Below, in pieces: positions 17,266-27,666 of a stretch of 35,481 bases of DNA. Made by a program: the position numbers and the translations under genes. Every line of letters begins with the position of its first letter. Within the stretch, counting starts at the first letter, position 1. The stretch is taken from IMG/VR virus record IMGVR_UViG_3300033068_001655. One strand, written 5' to 3'. The notes beneath the pieces were generated by a model. That model was not told the DNA's origin. It made no database searches and was given only the letters and a program-made list of their open reading frames with translations. Source of the stretch: a virus (lineage: Duplodnaviria; Heunggongvirae; Uroviricota; Caudoviricetes).

Positions 17266-17787
17266 TTAATATCTAATTATTCCATCAATGTACTGTCTAT
17301 TACTCACTTGATGTTCATTTTCTTTAAAAAAATTATCTACACATTGTTTATTCTCCCTTTCATAAAGAATATAATTGTATTTACCATTTGATAATATATA
17401 TTTTACATCTTTTGATAATTTATAATAATCATCATCTAATTTCTCAATAATATGAGAGTCTGTTAGAATAATAATATCTTTTTGAAATTCTAAACGTACA
17501 ATATTTGATGCAGATAAATAAAATTTATTTAGTAGTGTTTCAAATTCCTTACCAGGGTTTTCTAAAAAGAGTTTTATTTGTTTTTTCTTTATTTTTTTAC
17601 TGTATAAATTTGATATGGTAGAATAAATATATGTTATAAATTTACTCATTGGAATTACTATAAATAATACTGATAATTTCTTATATTCCAAGAAATAAAG
17701 TATAAATGATAATAATATCAAAGATATAATGACTTGTGTATTTGTTAGTTTTAAATTACTTAAAATTTTATTTAATAATTCTTTCAT
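17266..17787 (-). CDS. Membrane-anchored hypothetical protein
   Basis: Two N-terminal hydrophobic helices. Confidence 0.65.
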   Translation of the reverse strand: MKELLNKILSNLKLTNTQVIISLILLSFILYFLEYKKLSVLFIVIPMSKFITYIYSTISNLYSKKIKKKQIKLFLENPGKEFETLLNKFYLSASNIVRLEFQKDIIILTDSHIIEKLDDDYYKLSKDVKYILSNGKYNYILYERENKQCVDNFFKENEHQVSNRQYIDGIIRY

Positions 17788-18443
17788 ATTGAATATTTTT
17801 CTTTTATTGTTTCTTCTATTAAATCATTTATATTTTTCCAAAAAACACTATTATTATCAATAAGTCCTGATATTTCATCATAACCCATTGCTCTTAATCT
17901 ACAATCAAATACTCTTGACTCTGTTACCCAATGTAAACCTTTTGAATTAGTAAAAACTATCATATTAGTTCTAGTTTCTTTATCTACATTATACTTATAT
18001 AGTGATTGTAGTGGAAACTGTTTAATATCATCTTGAGTCAATTCTGTAGTAATATCGGAACGAAATTTAATCTGTACGGTTAGTGGTTTATCATCCATTC
18101 CCACACCGAATCCATCAACTCCATAATCATCAACTGCTGGTGCTGGTTGGTAGTTATATATACCGTAACCACCTCCCTTAGAAGGACTAGTTGGTAATAC
18201 TTTAAAGAAACATTCTGTGAAAATTTCAAATAGATCTCCTTTTACTTTGTCGGCACCGTCTTGTTCAGAGTATGCCAAATCTTTATATCTTTTAGATATT
18301 TTTATTATCTTATTAGATAATTTTCTTAATGTATTTGTATCTCTAAATAGTTCATTGAATATGTTATTATCTTTATTATAAAGATTTACAAATGCTTCGT
18401 GTTGTAATGTTCTCATATTTTTTAATTTATAAATTCTTTCCAA
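17784..18443 (-). CDS. PD-(D/E)xK restriction-endonuclease-like (Mrr-like) protein
   Basis: GDLFE...DDYGVDGFG...TVQIKFR motif. Confidence 0.72.
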   Translation of the reverse strand: MERIYKLKNMRTLQHEAFVNLYNKDNNIFNELFRDTNTLRKLSNKIIKISKRYKDLAYSEQDGADKVKGDLFEIFTECFFKVLPTSPSKGGGYGIYNYQPAPAVDDYGVDGFGVGMDDKPLTVQIKFRSDITTELTQDDIKQFPLQSLYKYNVDKETRTNMIVFTNSKGLHWVTESRVFDCRLRAMGYDEISGLIDNNSVFWKNINDLIEETIKEKYSI

Positions 18444-19936
18444 AAATCTTTCCTAAAAGTTGCTATAATTTTTCTATTATAGATATGACCGACACCTTTA
18501 TTATAACCCATGATCTCTTTTATAAATCTTTCTGATTTAAGTGCCTTTTGTATATTTTCTAAATTATTAATTTCATCAACAATAGCATATGCAAATTGTG
18601 TTAGACCATATTTACCAGAAGAGTCAGTTATAACATCAGTTAGACCATTACCCCAGATTACTTTGGGTAAATCAAAGTGTGTACTTTTGTCTTTACTATA
18701 CCAAAATCCCGGATTTTTTTTACCTACAGTATATAGACAAGGATATTTGAATGTATCATCTTTTATTTTAGACATTCTATCTAATCTTTGTGTGTGATGT
18801 TTACTATCCCAAATTAGAAATATCTTTTCTTCACCAGGCTTGGCAACTAGATTTAAAACTTCCGATATATTACTATTAGGAATAAAATCAATATTTTTAA
18901 GTGAAACTGAATAGATATTATTATTCATATCAACTATATCAGTGTCTATTTTTGAGTTTGTATTTTTTAATAAGTAATAATCAAAATCAATATTAGCACC
19001 AAAAATATCAAAGCCAACCTTGGTACTATTCATGTTTAAATATAATATTTGTTTTGAAGTCATTTTAACTTTTGTTTCTTGAAACATACCATCTACATTT
19101 CGCCAACTTCCAGGATGAACCATTATCATATAGGAGTCGTTATTAAGAAAATTTAAAGATTTTTGTACAAAAAGGTGCCACAATGGTTGTGTTTTTTTGA
19201 AACCTTCCTTTTGCATTTGATATGGTGGATTTTGTATGATAAGATCAAATTTTTCAACTTTCCAAACATTTTTCATGTGGTAGTCAAAACCATCATCTAA
19301 ATATGAACCCCAGTAGATATTAGTATTATATTCATCATTAGGATCAATTGCAACTAACCAACTAAATACAGATTTTGCTTGTAATTCACCATAGTATAAC
19401 TGATTCTCAATTATATGTTTTAATCTCTTATCCTCATCTGGTTCAAACTCCACCAGTCCCTCCATAAATTTATATAAACATAATATTAGAAATGTTCCAT
19501 ATCCTGCACTACTATCTAATACTTTATTTGTAGGAACTGTCCAGAAATCTTTATCATACTTATCCATTAGATTAACCATTGGTTTTGCCAATTCTTCAAA
19601 TGGAGTTAGTATTTCACCGTGTGATTTTCTTTCCACATCAGCAATTTTAACATAATCTCTTAGTAATAGTATTATTTTCTTAACTTTATTATATTTTGTA
19701 TCATTACCACTATGAATTCCATATATTTTGGACCATAAAACGTTATCATCACTCATCAGAGAAAGTGTTGACATTCTTTTATCTTCTGTCGGTAAATTTT
19801 TTATAAAATCTTTTAGTTCATCATCATCAGAGTATTTATCTAAAATTAGATTATCTATAACTCGTTCAAATATACCTAAATCTCCTGTTTTATAAAACTC
19901 ATTATATTCTGGAGTTGAAAATGTTGATCCAATCAT
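18422..19936 (-). CDS. N6-adenine DNA methyltransferase (Eco57I/TaqI-like, gamma class)
   Basis: GEILTP, VLDSSAGYGTF and IIQNPPY motifs. Confidence 0.9.
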   Translation of the reverse strand: MIGSTFSTPEYNEFYKTGDLGIFERVIDNLILDKYSDDDELKDFIKNLPTEDKRMSTLSLMSDDNVLWSKIYGIHSGNDTKYNKVKKIILLLRDYVKIADVERKSHGEILTPFEELAKPMVNLMDKYDKDFWTVPTNKVLDSSAGYGTFLILCLYKFMEGLVEFEPDEDKRLKHIIENQLYYGELQAKSVFSWLVAIDPNDEYNTNIYWGSYLDDGFDYHMKNVWKVEKFDLIIQNPPYQMQKEGFKKTQPLWHLFVQKSLNFLNNDSYMIMVHPGSWRNVDGMFQETKVKMTSKQILYLNMNSTKVGFDIFGANIDFDYYLLKNTNSKIDTDIVDMNNNIYSVSLKNIDFIPNSNISEVLNLVAKPGEEKIFLIWDSKHHTQRLDRMSKIKDDTFKYPCLYTVGKKNPGFWYSKDKSTHFDLPKVIWGNGLTDVITDSSGKYGLTQFAYAIVDEINNLENIQKALKSERFIKEIMGYNKGVGHIYNRKIIATFRKDFWKEFIN

Positions 19937-19966
19937 GTGTATTTTTTTTATTTTATATATTTAATT

Positions 19967-21571
19967 TCAATTAGAAAGTTTTTTTAATTTTTCTAATAAA
20001 AGTTGCATTTTTGACATTGAGTTTAGACGATCCTTCTCTTTTAAGTCTTCATCTTCGTTATCCAATACTTCAATTTCGTGGGTAATTTGATCAATTAAAT
20101 CAAATTTTGATTCTCTTTCATCAACTTCATTTAAGTATTCTAAGTCATCTTTAGATTTACCACTTCCAATTTCTGTACCGATAGATACATAGAAAGTAGG
20201 GTCATATCCAAAGTCGTCTCTTAAACCTTTAATTTGTTTTGCCAATTCTCTTGATGTAAACTCACTCTCTCTATCATAATATGGTATGATAACTGCACAG
20301 TTTGGTTTAATCCAGTTACCATCACCAACAACAATCTCACCATTTCTAAATCTGGCTCTATCAAGAGGGTGTAATCTAGTTGATCTACCAGTATTTTGTA
20401 AAGTCTTTGTAATAGTTGGTAACTTACCACCTAAAAACATCACACCTGTAAATCCAGCAACATTGATACCCTCTGACATTGTATCATAATGTAGAACGAT
20501 TGCCATTTCCGTATCATCAAATTCTTGTACCTTTTGTAAGTAGTCACTTCTATCTTTTATACCTTCACTACCAATATAGTGTAAGTGTGTTGATTTATCA
20601 TTTCTTGAAGCACCTGCACATATTTTCACACCTTCAATAGTTCCATTTAATCTCTCATGTAAATCCCACATATCATCAACAGATGCACATTTAACTAAAA
20701 TCTTAGGTTCTATTTGAGTTTCGTCTAGCGAAACACTTTTTATAAATTCTCTATGTGCAAAGAATGCTTCATCAACAAACTTAGCTAGATTATCTATATT
20801 TTTATAGTCATATTTATCATCATAGTTTGATGGTTTACAAATATGTATTACAGGTTTTACTAAATACCCATTGTCAACACAATGTTTAAAGTTTAATCCT
20901 ACTCTTTCTCCAAAGATATCCTCATTGTTCATTAAGAATGATTCAGTTTCTTTATCAACACAATCTTTGGGTGTTGCAGTAAAAAAGAATTTTCTTTTTG
21001 CAGTTATAGATTCAAAATTTTCTTGAAATCTTGAAAATTCATCTGATGCCAATGTTTGTGCTTCATCACCATAAAAAGTATCTATTTCTAAGTCCTTTAG
21101 TGTATTAAGAGAGTGATAGGTGGTTAGTATAACTACTTTTCTTCCATTGGCTAAGTGGTTCTTTACTAATTCGTTTACTTCTTTTAAATTTGTCGTAGAA
21201 GATAATATTTCATTATATGAAAGATTCTTTTCATTTAATGCATTATTTAATTTTGGGTTTTCTTGAAATTTTGATACATCATATTTAGAACTACCTACAA
21301 ATATATACCCTATCTCACCAATCATAGGTGAAAGTAAGCTAAATATATCATTTAGGTGTTGTGTATTCAACATAAGTCTATGTGTAGAAACAACAAATAT
21401 TTTATTTTTAGTTGATATAATTTGATTAAGTAAGTCAATCATCATAAGATATCCTTTACCTGCACCAGTTGGTATACAAACTTGTAATAGACTGTTGGAT
21501 AACATATCATTATACAAAGATTTTTGATCTTCTGTTAGTGTATTTAGTTTTGATTTTAAGTATTCTCTCAT
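19967..21571 (-). CDS. SF2 helicase/ATPase (ResIII-like)
   Basis: IPTGAGKG, YGDEAQ, FTATP, SEGINV and QNTGRSTR motifs. Confidence 0.88.
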   Translation of the reverse strand: MREYLKSKLNTLTEDQKSLYNDMLSNSLLQVCIPTGAGKGYLMMIDLLNQIISTKNKIFVVSTHRLMLNTQHLNDIFSLLSPMIGEIGYIFVGSSKYDVSKFQENPKLNNALNEKNLSYNEILSSTTNLKEVNELVKNHLANGRKVVILTTYHSLNTLKDLEIDTFYGDEAQTLASDEFSRFQENFESITAKRKFFFTATPKDCVDKETESFLMNNEDIFGERVGLNFKHCVDNGYLVKPVIHICKPSNYDDKYDYKNIDNLAKFVDEAFFAHREFIKSVSLDETQIEPKILVKCASVDDMWDLHERLNGTIEGVKICAGASRNDKSTHLHYIGSEGIKDRSDYLQKVQEFDDTEMAIVLHYDTMSEGINVAGFTGVMFLGGKLPTITKTLQNTGRSTRLHPLDRARFRNGEIVVGDGNWIKPNCAVIIPYYDRESEFTSRELAKQIKGLRDDFGYDPTFYVSIGTEIGSGKSKDDLEYLNEVDERESKFDLIDQITHEIEVLDNEDEDLKEKDRLNSMSKMQLLLEKLKKLSN

Positions 21572-21575
21572 TTTA

Positions 21576-21893
21576 TTAGAAATAATATTCTTCTTTTATA
21601 TTTATTTTACTATATTTTTTTAACATATCTAACCCATAGTTATGACAAAATTCTCCTTCTAAATCTTCTAGATTTTCATCACCATTATCAATACCTTGGT
21701 TGATAATTTTCATTAGTTTTCTAACGAAATTTTTGTAATCTTCCTCTTCCATTTTCTCAAAAAGGAAATTTTCCACTTCACTATTATCATTAAATCTTTC
21801 ATCAATTTCTGGATATTCACTTTCTGTTAGATACCCTATACTATGTAGAATATAATCTACATCAAATCCCTCAATAATTGTTTCTTTTGTCAT
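21576..21893 (-). CDS. Acidic hypothetical protein
   Basis: Operon-packed ORF. Confidence 0.65.
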   Translation of the reverse strand: MTKETIIEGFDVDYILHSIGYLTESEYPEIDERFNDNSEVENFLFEKMEEEDYKNFVRKLMKIINQGIDNGDENLEDLEGEFCHNYGLDMLKKYSKINIKEEYYF

Positions 21894-21898
21894 ATTTT

Positions 21899-22279
21899 TT
21901 ATTTTACATTTACACCTAGGTTCAACAAGCTATGATAAACTTCTAAGTTCCATCTACCGAATGATCCCTTAATCAATTCTGAAAAAGTAGTCCATTTAAC
22001 TACGTGTGGTTCGTCAAATTCAATATCACCAGTATAGTCAGCTAAATAAGTATAACCTATTCTACCGTCTGAACTTGTTTTTAAATATACTAATCTTAGA
22101 TTAGAAATGTCTAATCCTGTTTCTTCTTTTGTTTCTCTAATTGCTCCTAATTCTGGTGTTGAATCATAATCTTCTAATGATCCTCCAACTAATCCAAAAT
22201 CATTGTGATCAGTTTTTCTTGATACTCCTAATACTAATCCGTCAGGATTCAATAAAACTACTTGTACAGTTCCGTTCAT
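21899..22279 (-). CDS. Nudix hydrolase
   Basis: GGSLE...GAIRETKEETGL; start moved to ATG 22279, downstream of the promoter at 22301. Confidence 0.88.
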   Translation of the reverse strand: MNGTVQVVLLNPDGLVLGVSRKTDHNDFGLVGGSLEDYDSTPELGAIRETKEETGLDISNLRLVYLKTSSDGRIGYTYLADYTGDIEFDEPHVVKWTTFSELIKGSFGRWNLEVYHSLLNLGVNVK

Positions 22280-22404
22280 ACTTTTCTTATTTTTAATATG
22301 CAAATATACTAATTATATTTTATAATAAAAATTAAAAAAGTTATTACTATACTTGTTTTTTAAAACTAAATTTACTATATTTGTATAATAATAAAAAAGA
22401 AATT

Positions 22405-23100
22405 ATGGTAGATGTAAGAAAATTATTGTTAGTTGATCCAAATTTGTTAGCTGAAGAAGATAAGTTAGCACTTAAATCACTAATAGATAAATACTTTCCA
22501 ACTGACTTTCCAAATTTTGATATGTTTATCAAAAATACACAAGCAGGTGAGGATATTGAAAAGTTATTAGCAGATGAAATCTTTAATGACTTAGAGAGAG
22601 TTAAGAATGAAAACTTTGACCACGTTCAAAAAGTAACAGGACATAAGATAGAGTCTAAAGCAATTAGAATGATGTCTAATGATGATAAAGATGATAAGTA
22701 TCCTGTTCAAAGAGCAATGTCTATTTTTGACAAGAAAACAAACTTATCTAATACAAACTTTCAGCAAATTAAACCTAAAGAGTTTGATGAAATGATTGGC
22801 TCTTTAGTGTATAAAGATGGAATTGAAATCTATAAAATACCATCAACTGTATTCCACGATAGAGTTTTACCTAAACAAACTAAAGAAGATAAAGCAGTTG
22901 TTGCTAACTTCTTAAAAGAAGGTAAGATTGTTTTATCTGGTCAACACAAAGGAAACTTAGAAGAAGGTCAAATTGGTTTTAACCAACTAGAGAAATACTT
23001 AAAAATTTCACTTTATATGAAAGATGGTAAATACTTCCATATTGAAGACGGTAAAGTAACTGATAAAGAATTTACAAGAATTAGTTTTTCAGAATTATAA
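22405..23100 (+). CDS. Hypothetical protein, possibly a type II-like endonuclease
   Basis: ATG 22405 follows TATATTTG at 22376; IESKAIR and NFQQIKPKEFD segments; converges on an MTase gene. Confidence 0.5.
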   Translation: MVDVRKLLLVDPNLLAEEDKLALKSLIDKYFPTDFPNFDMFIKNTQAGEDIEKLLADEIFNDLERVKNENFDHVQKVTGHKIESKAIRMMSNDDKDDKYPVQRAMSIFDKKTNLSNTNFQQIKPKEFDEMIGSLVYKDGIEIYKIPSTVFHDRVLPKQTKEDKAVVANFLKEGKIVLSGQHKGNLEEGQIGFNQLEKYLKISLYMKDGKYFHIEDGKVTDKEFTRISFSEL

Positions 23101-23126
23101 AAAAGAGACCATTTGGTCTCTTTTTT
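23100..23126. terminator. Bidirectional terminator
   Basis: aaaagagacc-attt-ggtctctttttt between convergent genes. Confidence 0.8.
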
Positions 23127-24544
23127 TATTCAAACTCAGTTAAGAAATCCATAGGAATTCCAAAGTAGAATTTACCATATGTTTTCTTAATATTTTTATA
23201 CCAATCAGATTTTGATACGAATAACATATAGTTATACAATTTATTATATGGTAAATTTGTATTCTTTCTCCAATAAGCTTTAAATTCATCTGTAAGATTG
23301 TTTTCCATATTTTCAACTGGAACTGTTCTTAGTCCACCTGGTGTAGAATTTCTATTTGCATCGTAATCAGTGTAACCAAAGTAGTCAGTTGATATAGATG
23401 TTGGATTAGATGTAAAGTAAAAAGAATGACAAGGGTTACTGTTTATTATGTAAACAAATGATACTTTTTTAAGTGACTCGTGTCTAAAATAGAATCTGTA
23501 TTCGTTTCTGTGCTTTATTCTTTTATAGTTATCTTCATTATCAAAAATACTTAAATCAAACCCATCTTTTATCTCATTTATATAAGATAATATTATCGCT
23601 AACTTTTTATCATCTATTTTACTTAAATGATGTCTATTATTAAAACTAAGTTTCTCTTTTAAATTATCAATATTTGTTTCTTCAAAAAAGATACTTTTTA
23701 TTCTATCAATGAAGTTTTCTTTTGGTTCATCTTTACAAGAAAGTAAAAATGATTCAGCAGGAACACTACCTAAATAAGTTTTCTTAAATATTTTATTAAA
23801 TGGAAAGATGCTTGTGTTTTCACCTAAAAAATCATCAGTAGATATTGTTTCATTATTATACTTTAAAGTACCATCACTTTTACCAGTTGAGAAGTGAACA
23901 AGTATTAAATTCTGACTAACATTCTCAAAATAATTTTTATCAATATCATTGACTGATACGATATTAAATTTTTCATTTATGAAGTTATAAAAACTTTTGA
24001 ATGCTTTAGTTGGATTTTGAAAGATTGTTTTTGGTAAGATATAATATACATCACCTTCTTTACCCGTATTGAAAATAGTATCGTATGTTTTTACAATAAA
24101 GAAAACACACTCTTCTTTAATACCATCAATTTTATATAGTTTCTTTAGTCTATCGATTTCAGATTTTCTTTCTTTAAGTGAAAGTGCTGGTGTTCTATAT
24201 GGTGGATTACCAATATATAAAATTTTATTTATATTTGTTAAGTATTCTTTTTCTATTTCAAAGTCATAAAAGTTTTTATTAAAAATAGATATATTTTCCA
24301 TATCCATATCTAACTGTTCAAAGACTTCATCATCAATCTCAACACCAATAATAGGATTTTTATATTTCTTTCTAAATGATTTTAAAAAGTTACCGCTACC
24401 AAATGATGGTTCTATAAATAAAGTATCATCGGTAATTCCGTAACAAATATCAGATAATATCATATCAGTTCCTTCGATGCTAGTATTATATTGTCCAAGC
24501 ATTTCAACTTTAGTAAAGTTATCTTTATTTGTGGATTTTCTCAT
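23126..24544 (-). CDS. N6-adenine DNA methyltransferase
   Basis: LGQYNT, FIEPSFGSGNF and YIGNPPY motifs. Confidence 0.87.
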   Translation of the reverse strand: MRKSTNKDNFTKVEMLGQYNTSIEGTDMILSDICYGITDDTLFIEPSFGSGNFLKSFRKKYKNPIIGVEIDDEVFEQLDMDMENISIFNKNFYDFEIEKEYLTNINKILYIGNPPYRTPALSLKERKSEIDRLKKLYKIDGIKEECVFFIVKTYDTIFNTGKEGDVYYILPKTIFQNPTKAFKSFYNFINEKFNIVSVNDIDKNYFENVSQNLILVHFSTGKSDGTLKYNNETISTDDFLGENTSIFPFNKIFKKTYLGSVPAESFLLSCKDEPKENFIDRIKSIFFEETNIDNLKEKLSFNNRHHLSKIDDKKLAIILSYINEIKDGFDLSIFDNEDNYKRIKHRNEYRFYFRHESLKKVSFVYIINSNPCHSFYFTSNPTSISTDYFGYTDYDANRNSTPGGLRTVPVENMENNLTDEFKAYWRKNTNLPYNKLYNYMLFVSKSDWYKNIKKTYGKFYFGIPMDFLTEFE

Positions 24545-24622
24545 ATCTTATTTGTGTTTATTATTTATATGAAAAATATAGTTAAAAGACTAAAAAACCC
24601 TACTAAAAAGTAGGGTTTATAA

Positions 24623-24862
24623 TTATTTTTTACAATGTTCGTGATCACATTTTTTATGTTTACACTTATATGAAGTATATACAAGAGGTATAAGACAACA
24701 AAATATATGAAACTTAAATCCATAGAATAAAATGAATCCGAACCAACCAAACCAACTAAAATCAAGTGTGTGTAGGTCTATATTAAATATATGTGATATG
24801 GCATGTTCTAATAAGTAGAATGCTATAAATGATACTACAAATGTTATTATAAATTTTCTCAT
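24623..24862 (-). CDS. Small membrane protein with Cys/His-rich tail
   Basis: Hydrophobic helices; ends CKHKKCDHEHCKK. Confidence 0.65.
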   Translation of the reverse strand: MRKFIITFVVSFIAFYLLEHAISHIFNIDLHTLDFSWFGWFGFILFYGFKFHIFCCLIPLVYTSYKCKHKKCDHEHCKK

Positions 24863-25173
24863 TTTATTATTTTGCTAATTTTTTCTTGTCTTTGATATGA
24901 TTTATCGGTTAGATAAATAAATTCTTGTACTTCTTGTGATTGTTCTTGATAGTTATAAACAGATATATCTACCCAATTTTTACTTAAAAATGAACGTTTT
25001 TGAAGTTTCCTATAAACTGGACAATACCTATAAATATAAGTCATTTTAAAATCCTTAATAGGAGAACTAGGTGATAAGTCGGGCATTGATCTTAAATCAT
25101 AATGTTTTTCTTCTCGAAATTCACTCCATTGTGGAACTTCTTTAGTGAAAAGTTTTTTAATAAACTCAATCAT
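24859..25173 (-). CDS. Hypothetical protein with C-terminal motif
   Basis: Start MIEFIKK at a TAATG overlap; ends QRQEKISKIIK. Confidence 0.65.
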   Translation of the reverse strand: MIEFIKKLFTKEVPQWSEFREEKHYDLRSMPDLSPSSPIKDFKMTYIYRYCPVYRKLQKRSFLSKNWVDISVYNYQEQSQEVQEFIYLTDKSYQRQEKISKIIK

Positions 25174-25784
25174 TATTTTACAAGTATATATTTTTTCCAA
25201 AAATCAACAGATTCATTATAAACTTTTTTATTCAAAGTTTCTCCATTACCACCTTCATCAACACCTAAAGCATTTCTCATAATAGTAATTGGTACAAGTG
25301 GATCAGGGTAAGGTAAAACAGTTCCCATGATAGAAACAACACCCCACTCAACAGAATCATCAAAATAGAACTCTTGACCTTCTTCTTTAGGTTTGAATTC
25401 TTTTTGTAATTGTTCTTTTGAGTACAGTACAAACACTATGTAATTTGCATCTTGGTTTGGAAATCCTGGTGGTAATTGAACATATCTAGTTAGTATAGGA
25501 AGTTCTTCCGGTGTTCTACTAACATAATCAGTTCTAATGTAAGGATATAAATCTAAAGTGATTTCTCTAACGGCACACTTTACACCAAACTCATTAGGAA
25601 TAACTAAGTATTTACAGAAAGGCCAATCAGAATCTAATAACTGACTATTGTAGTCTAAACATTGGTCTATGTATCTGTTTATAGTTTCTAATAGTTCGTC
25701 TTTCATTTCAGGATCAACTTTAGTACCAGAGAAATTCTGTGAGAATTGTCTGGTTACAAATGGATCATATTCAATTTTCTTCAT
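25173..25784 (-). CDS. DUF3228-like protein
   Basis: VLYSKEQL...WGVVSI...PITIMRNALGVDEGGNG...YNESVDFW signature. Confidence 0.8.
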   Translation of the reverse strand: MKKIEYDPFVTRQFSQNFSGTKVDPEMKDELLETINRYIDQCLDYNSQLLDSDWPFCKYLVIPNEFGVKCAVREITLDLYPYIRTDYVSRTPEELPILTRYVQLPPGFPNQDANYIVFVLYSKEQLQKEFKPKEEGQEFYFDDSVEWGVVSIMGTVLPYPDPLVPITIMRNALGVDEGGNGETLNKKVYNESVDFWKKYILVK

Positions 25785-25855
25785 TTATCTTAATTTAATT
25801 TTTTATCAATGTTTTCAAAAACATGTAACATCATGATATATAATATAAACTTATA

Positions 25856-26329
25856 TTATTCTCCGAGTAATTGTTTTAATTTCTTTTCTCTTAACAAAGC
25901 AGGTGCTAATTTTGGTTCATGTTTAATAATGAAATTTGTAATCTCTGTCAATATGTCACAGTTTTCAAATTCTTCTCTACGACCTGTTTTATTGTTCCAT
26001 AGTAACCAACCTGTTTGATCAAAAAATTCAAATTCCCAATCGAATTTCTTGTATTCGTTTTGAGTATCTCTCCACCCTGAATACCATTCTAAAGTAACTT
26101 CTGTTACCAAACTTTCGTCATTATACCAAACTAGTTTTATATTGATGTCGGTATGTCGTTTAGTATCTTTATAAACTAAAGTAAAATTACTTTGATGTCC
26201 AAATTGTCTATTTTCATACCTTTCATATATGTCAAAATACTGCTTAACAAAATTTTTTATTTGTTCAACAGTATGACAATCTTCTCTTTGTTTAATTCTT
26301 CGAGGTGTGTTTCTATTAATCAATTTCAT
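25856..26329 (-). CDS. Hypothetical protein with C-terminal motif
   Basis: Ends LLREKKLKQLLGE. Confidence 0.7.
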   Translation of the reverse strand: MKLINRNTPRRIKQREDCHTVEQIKNFVKQYFDIYERYENRQFGHQSNFTLVYKDTKRHTDINIKLVWYNDESLVTEVTLEWYSGWRDTQNEYKKFDWEFEFFDQTGWLLWNNKTGRREEFENCDILTEITNFIIKHEPKLAPALLREKKLKQLLGE

Positions 26330-26612
26330 TTACTTCTTTTAATAATTGACGAATTTTCATAAATCTTTTAGGTGTCTTTACCCATAGACCATATAAATCA
26401 ACAAATAAAGCAGGACCTTTCTTACCATTGACTGGTTCTTTTCTAAGAATATCACAGTTTCCTCTACGAGTAGAGTTAAGTATATCTACTTCATAAGGTC
26501 TTTCAGTTGAGTTCATATAAAAGAAGCGACACTCATCTTTCTTGAGTCCGAGTGTTCTTAATACATCTGTTAAATCCATATAATCCATTATTTTTCTAAT
26601 TCTTTTAACCAA
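26316..26612 (-). CDS. Hypothetical protein (paralog of 26643-26852)
   Basis: VDILNSTRRGNCDILR...VNG aligns with IEIINSYKNGDCEIIR...ING. Confidence 0.65.
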   Translation of the reverse strand: MVKRIRKIMDYMDLTDVLRTLGLKKDECRFFYMNSTERPYEVDILNSTRRGNCDILRKEPVNGKKGPALFVDLYGLWVKTPKRFMKIRQLLKEVNEID

Positions 26613-26642
26613 ACACCAATTTGTACAAATCTTGTAGGTGTT

Positions 26643-26852
26643 TTAATCCAAATTGTATTTATTGTTGTGAAAAAAACCTGCATATTTAGTTCTACCATTT
26701 ATTTGAGATAATCTAATTATTTCACAATCACCATTCTTATAGGAATTGATGATTTCAATTTCAACAGGTTTTTCATCAGTAATATTCTTATAAAAATAAG
26801 AAGTATCTGACTTATCTACGTTTACTATTTTAAGGAAGTCTTTTATATGCAT
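26643..26852 (-). CDS. Hypothetical protein (paralog of 26316-26612)
   Basis: Start moved to MHIKDF, downstream of the promoter at 26867. Confidence 0.65.
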   Translation of the reverse strand: MHIKDFLKIVNVDKSDTSYFYKNITDEKPVEIEIINSYKNGDCEIIRLSQINGRTKYAGFFHNNKYNLD

Positions 26853-26898
26853 AACTTTAGTTTTTACAAAAGTAAGTAAAATTTTTAACACATACAAA

Positions 26899-27666
26899 TT
26901 ATATTAAATCTAAATCTATACCGTGAGTGTCCCACCACCATTCTTTAGGTTTATCCTTATGTTTATCTTTTAATCTTTCCCATTTCACTAAAATTCTTTC
27001 TTGTCTTTGGACTTCATCATAGTAAAATTGGTGTTCAATAACTATATTATCTTTATGACATAATCTTAGTAATTTTCTTAAAAGATAACCTTGTCTATTA
27101 TTACCTGGTACAAACCCACTTTCAATTATCTTTTCAACGGTTTCTATTAAAGTATCTTTCTTTGACTTACTAGTTTTATTTAAAACCATTTCTAATCGTT
27201 CTAAACCAAAACCAACGTCAATACAAGTACCTAATGGATTCACAATGTTTCCAATTTCAATACCGTCTTTGTAAAACTCAGTACAATAACCTCCTATATC
27301 ACCATCAGACCAAATACATTCTTCATCAAATCTAACTTCTATATCTGTATAAAAATCAGACCATTCAGGTTTATCTGGGTGTATAGTAACATAATCAGGT
27401 GTAATACCTATTATTTTTAAAAATTCTAACCAATAATTTATTGTTTGTGAAACAGTCCATTCTCTGAATGAGAAGAACCCTATCATATTGAAATAAAGTA
27501 AATGTGAACCATCCCCTATTTCGTCTATATCATTTAATCTTAAACAAGATTGTATATTTGATATAGTTCCTTTGTAGTTTAAGTCTTTAAATTTAGACTT
27601 GAATTGTTGCATTCCTGCTGGACAAAATAATGTAGTTTCGTCATAAGACCTAACATTATCATCCAT
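26899..27666 (-). CDS. alaS: Minimal alanyl-tRNA synthetase (aminoacylation domain only; true start uncertain)
   Basis: TTLFCPAGMQQFK, QSCLR...DEIGDGSHLLYFNMIGFFSF, IDVGFGLERL and GNNRQGYLLRKLLR; no editing (HxxxH) or C-Ala domain. Confidence 0.88.
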   Translation of the reverse strand: MDDNVRSYDETTLFCPAGMQQFKSKFKDLNYKGTISNIQSCLRLNDIDEIGDGSHLLYFNMIGFFSFREWTVSQTINYWLEFLKIIGITPDYVTIHPDKPEWSDFYTDIEVRFDEECIWSDGDIGGYCTEFYKDGIEIGNIVNPLGTCIDVGFGLERLEMVLNKTSKSKKDTLIETVEKIIESGFVPGNNRQGYLLRKLLRLCHKDNIVIEHQFYYDEVQRQERILVKWERLKDKHKDKPKEWWWDTHGIDLDLI

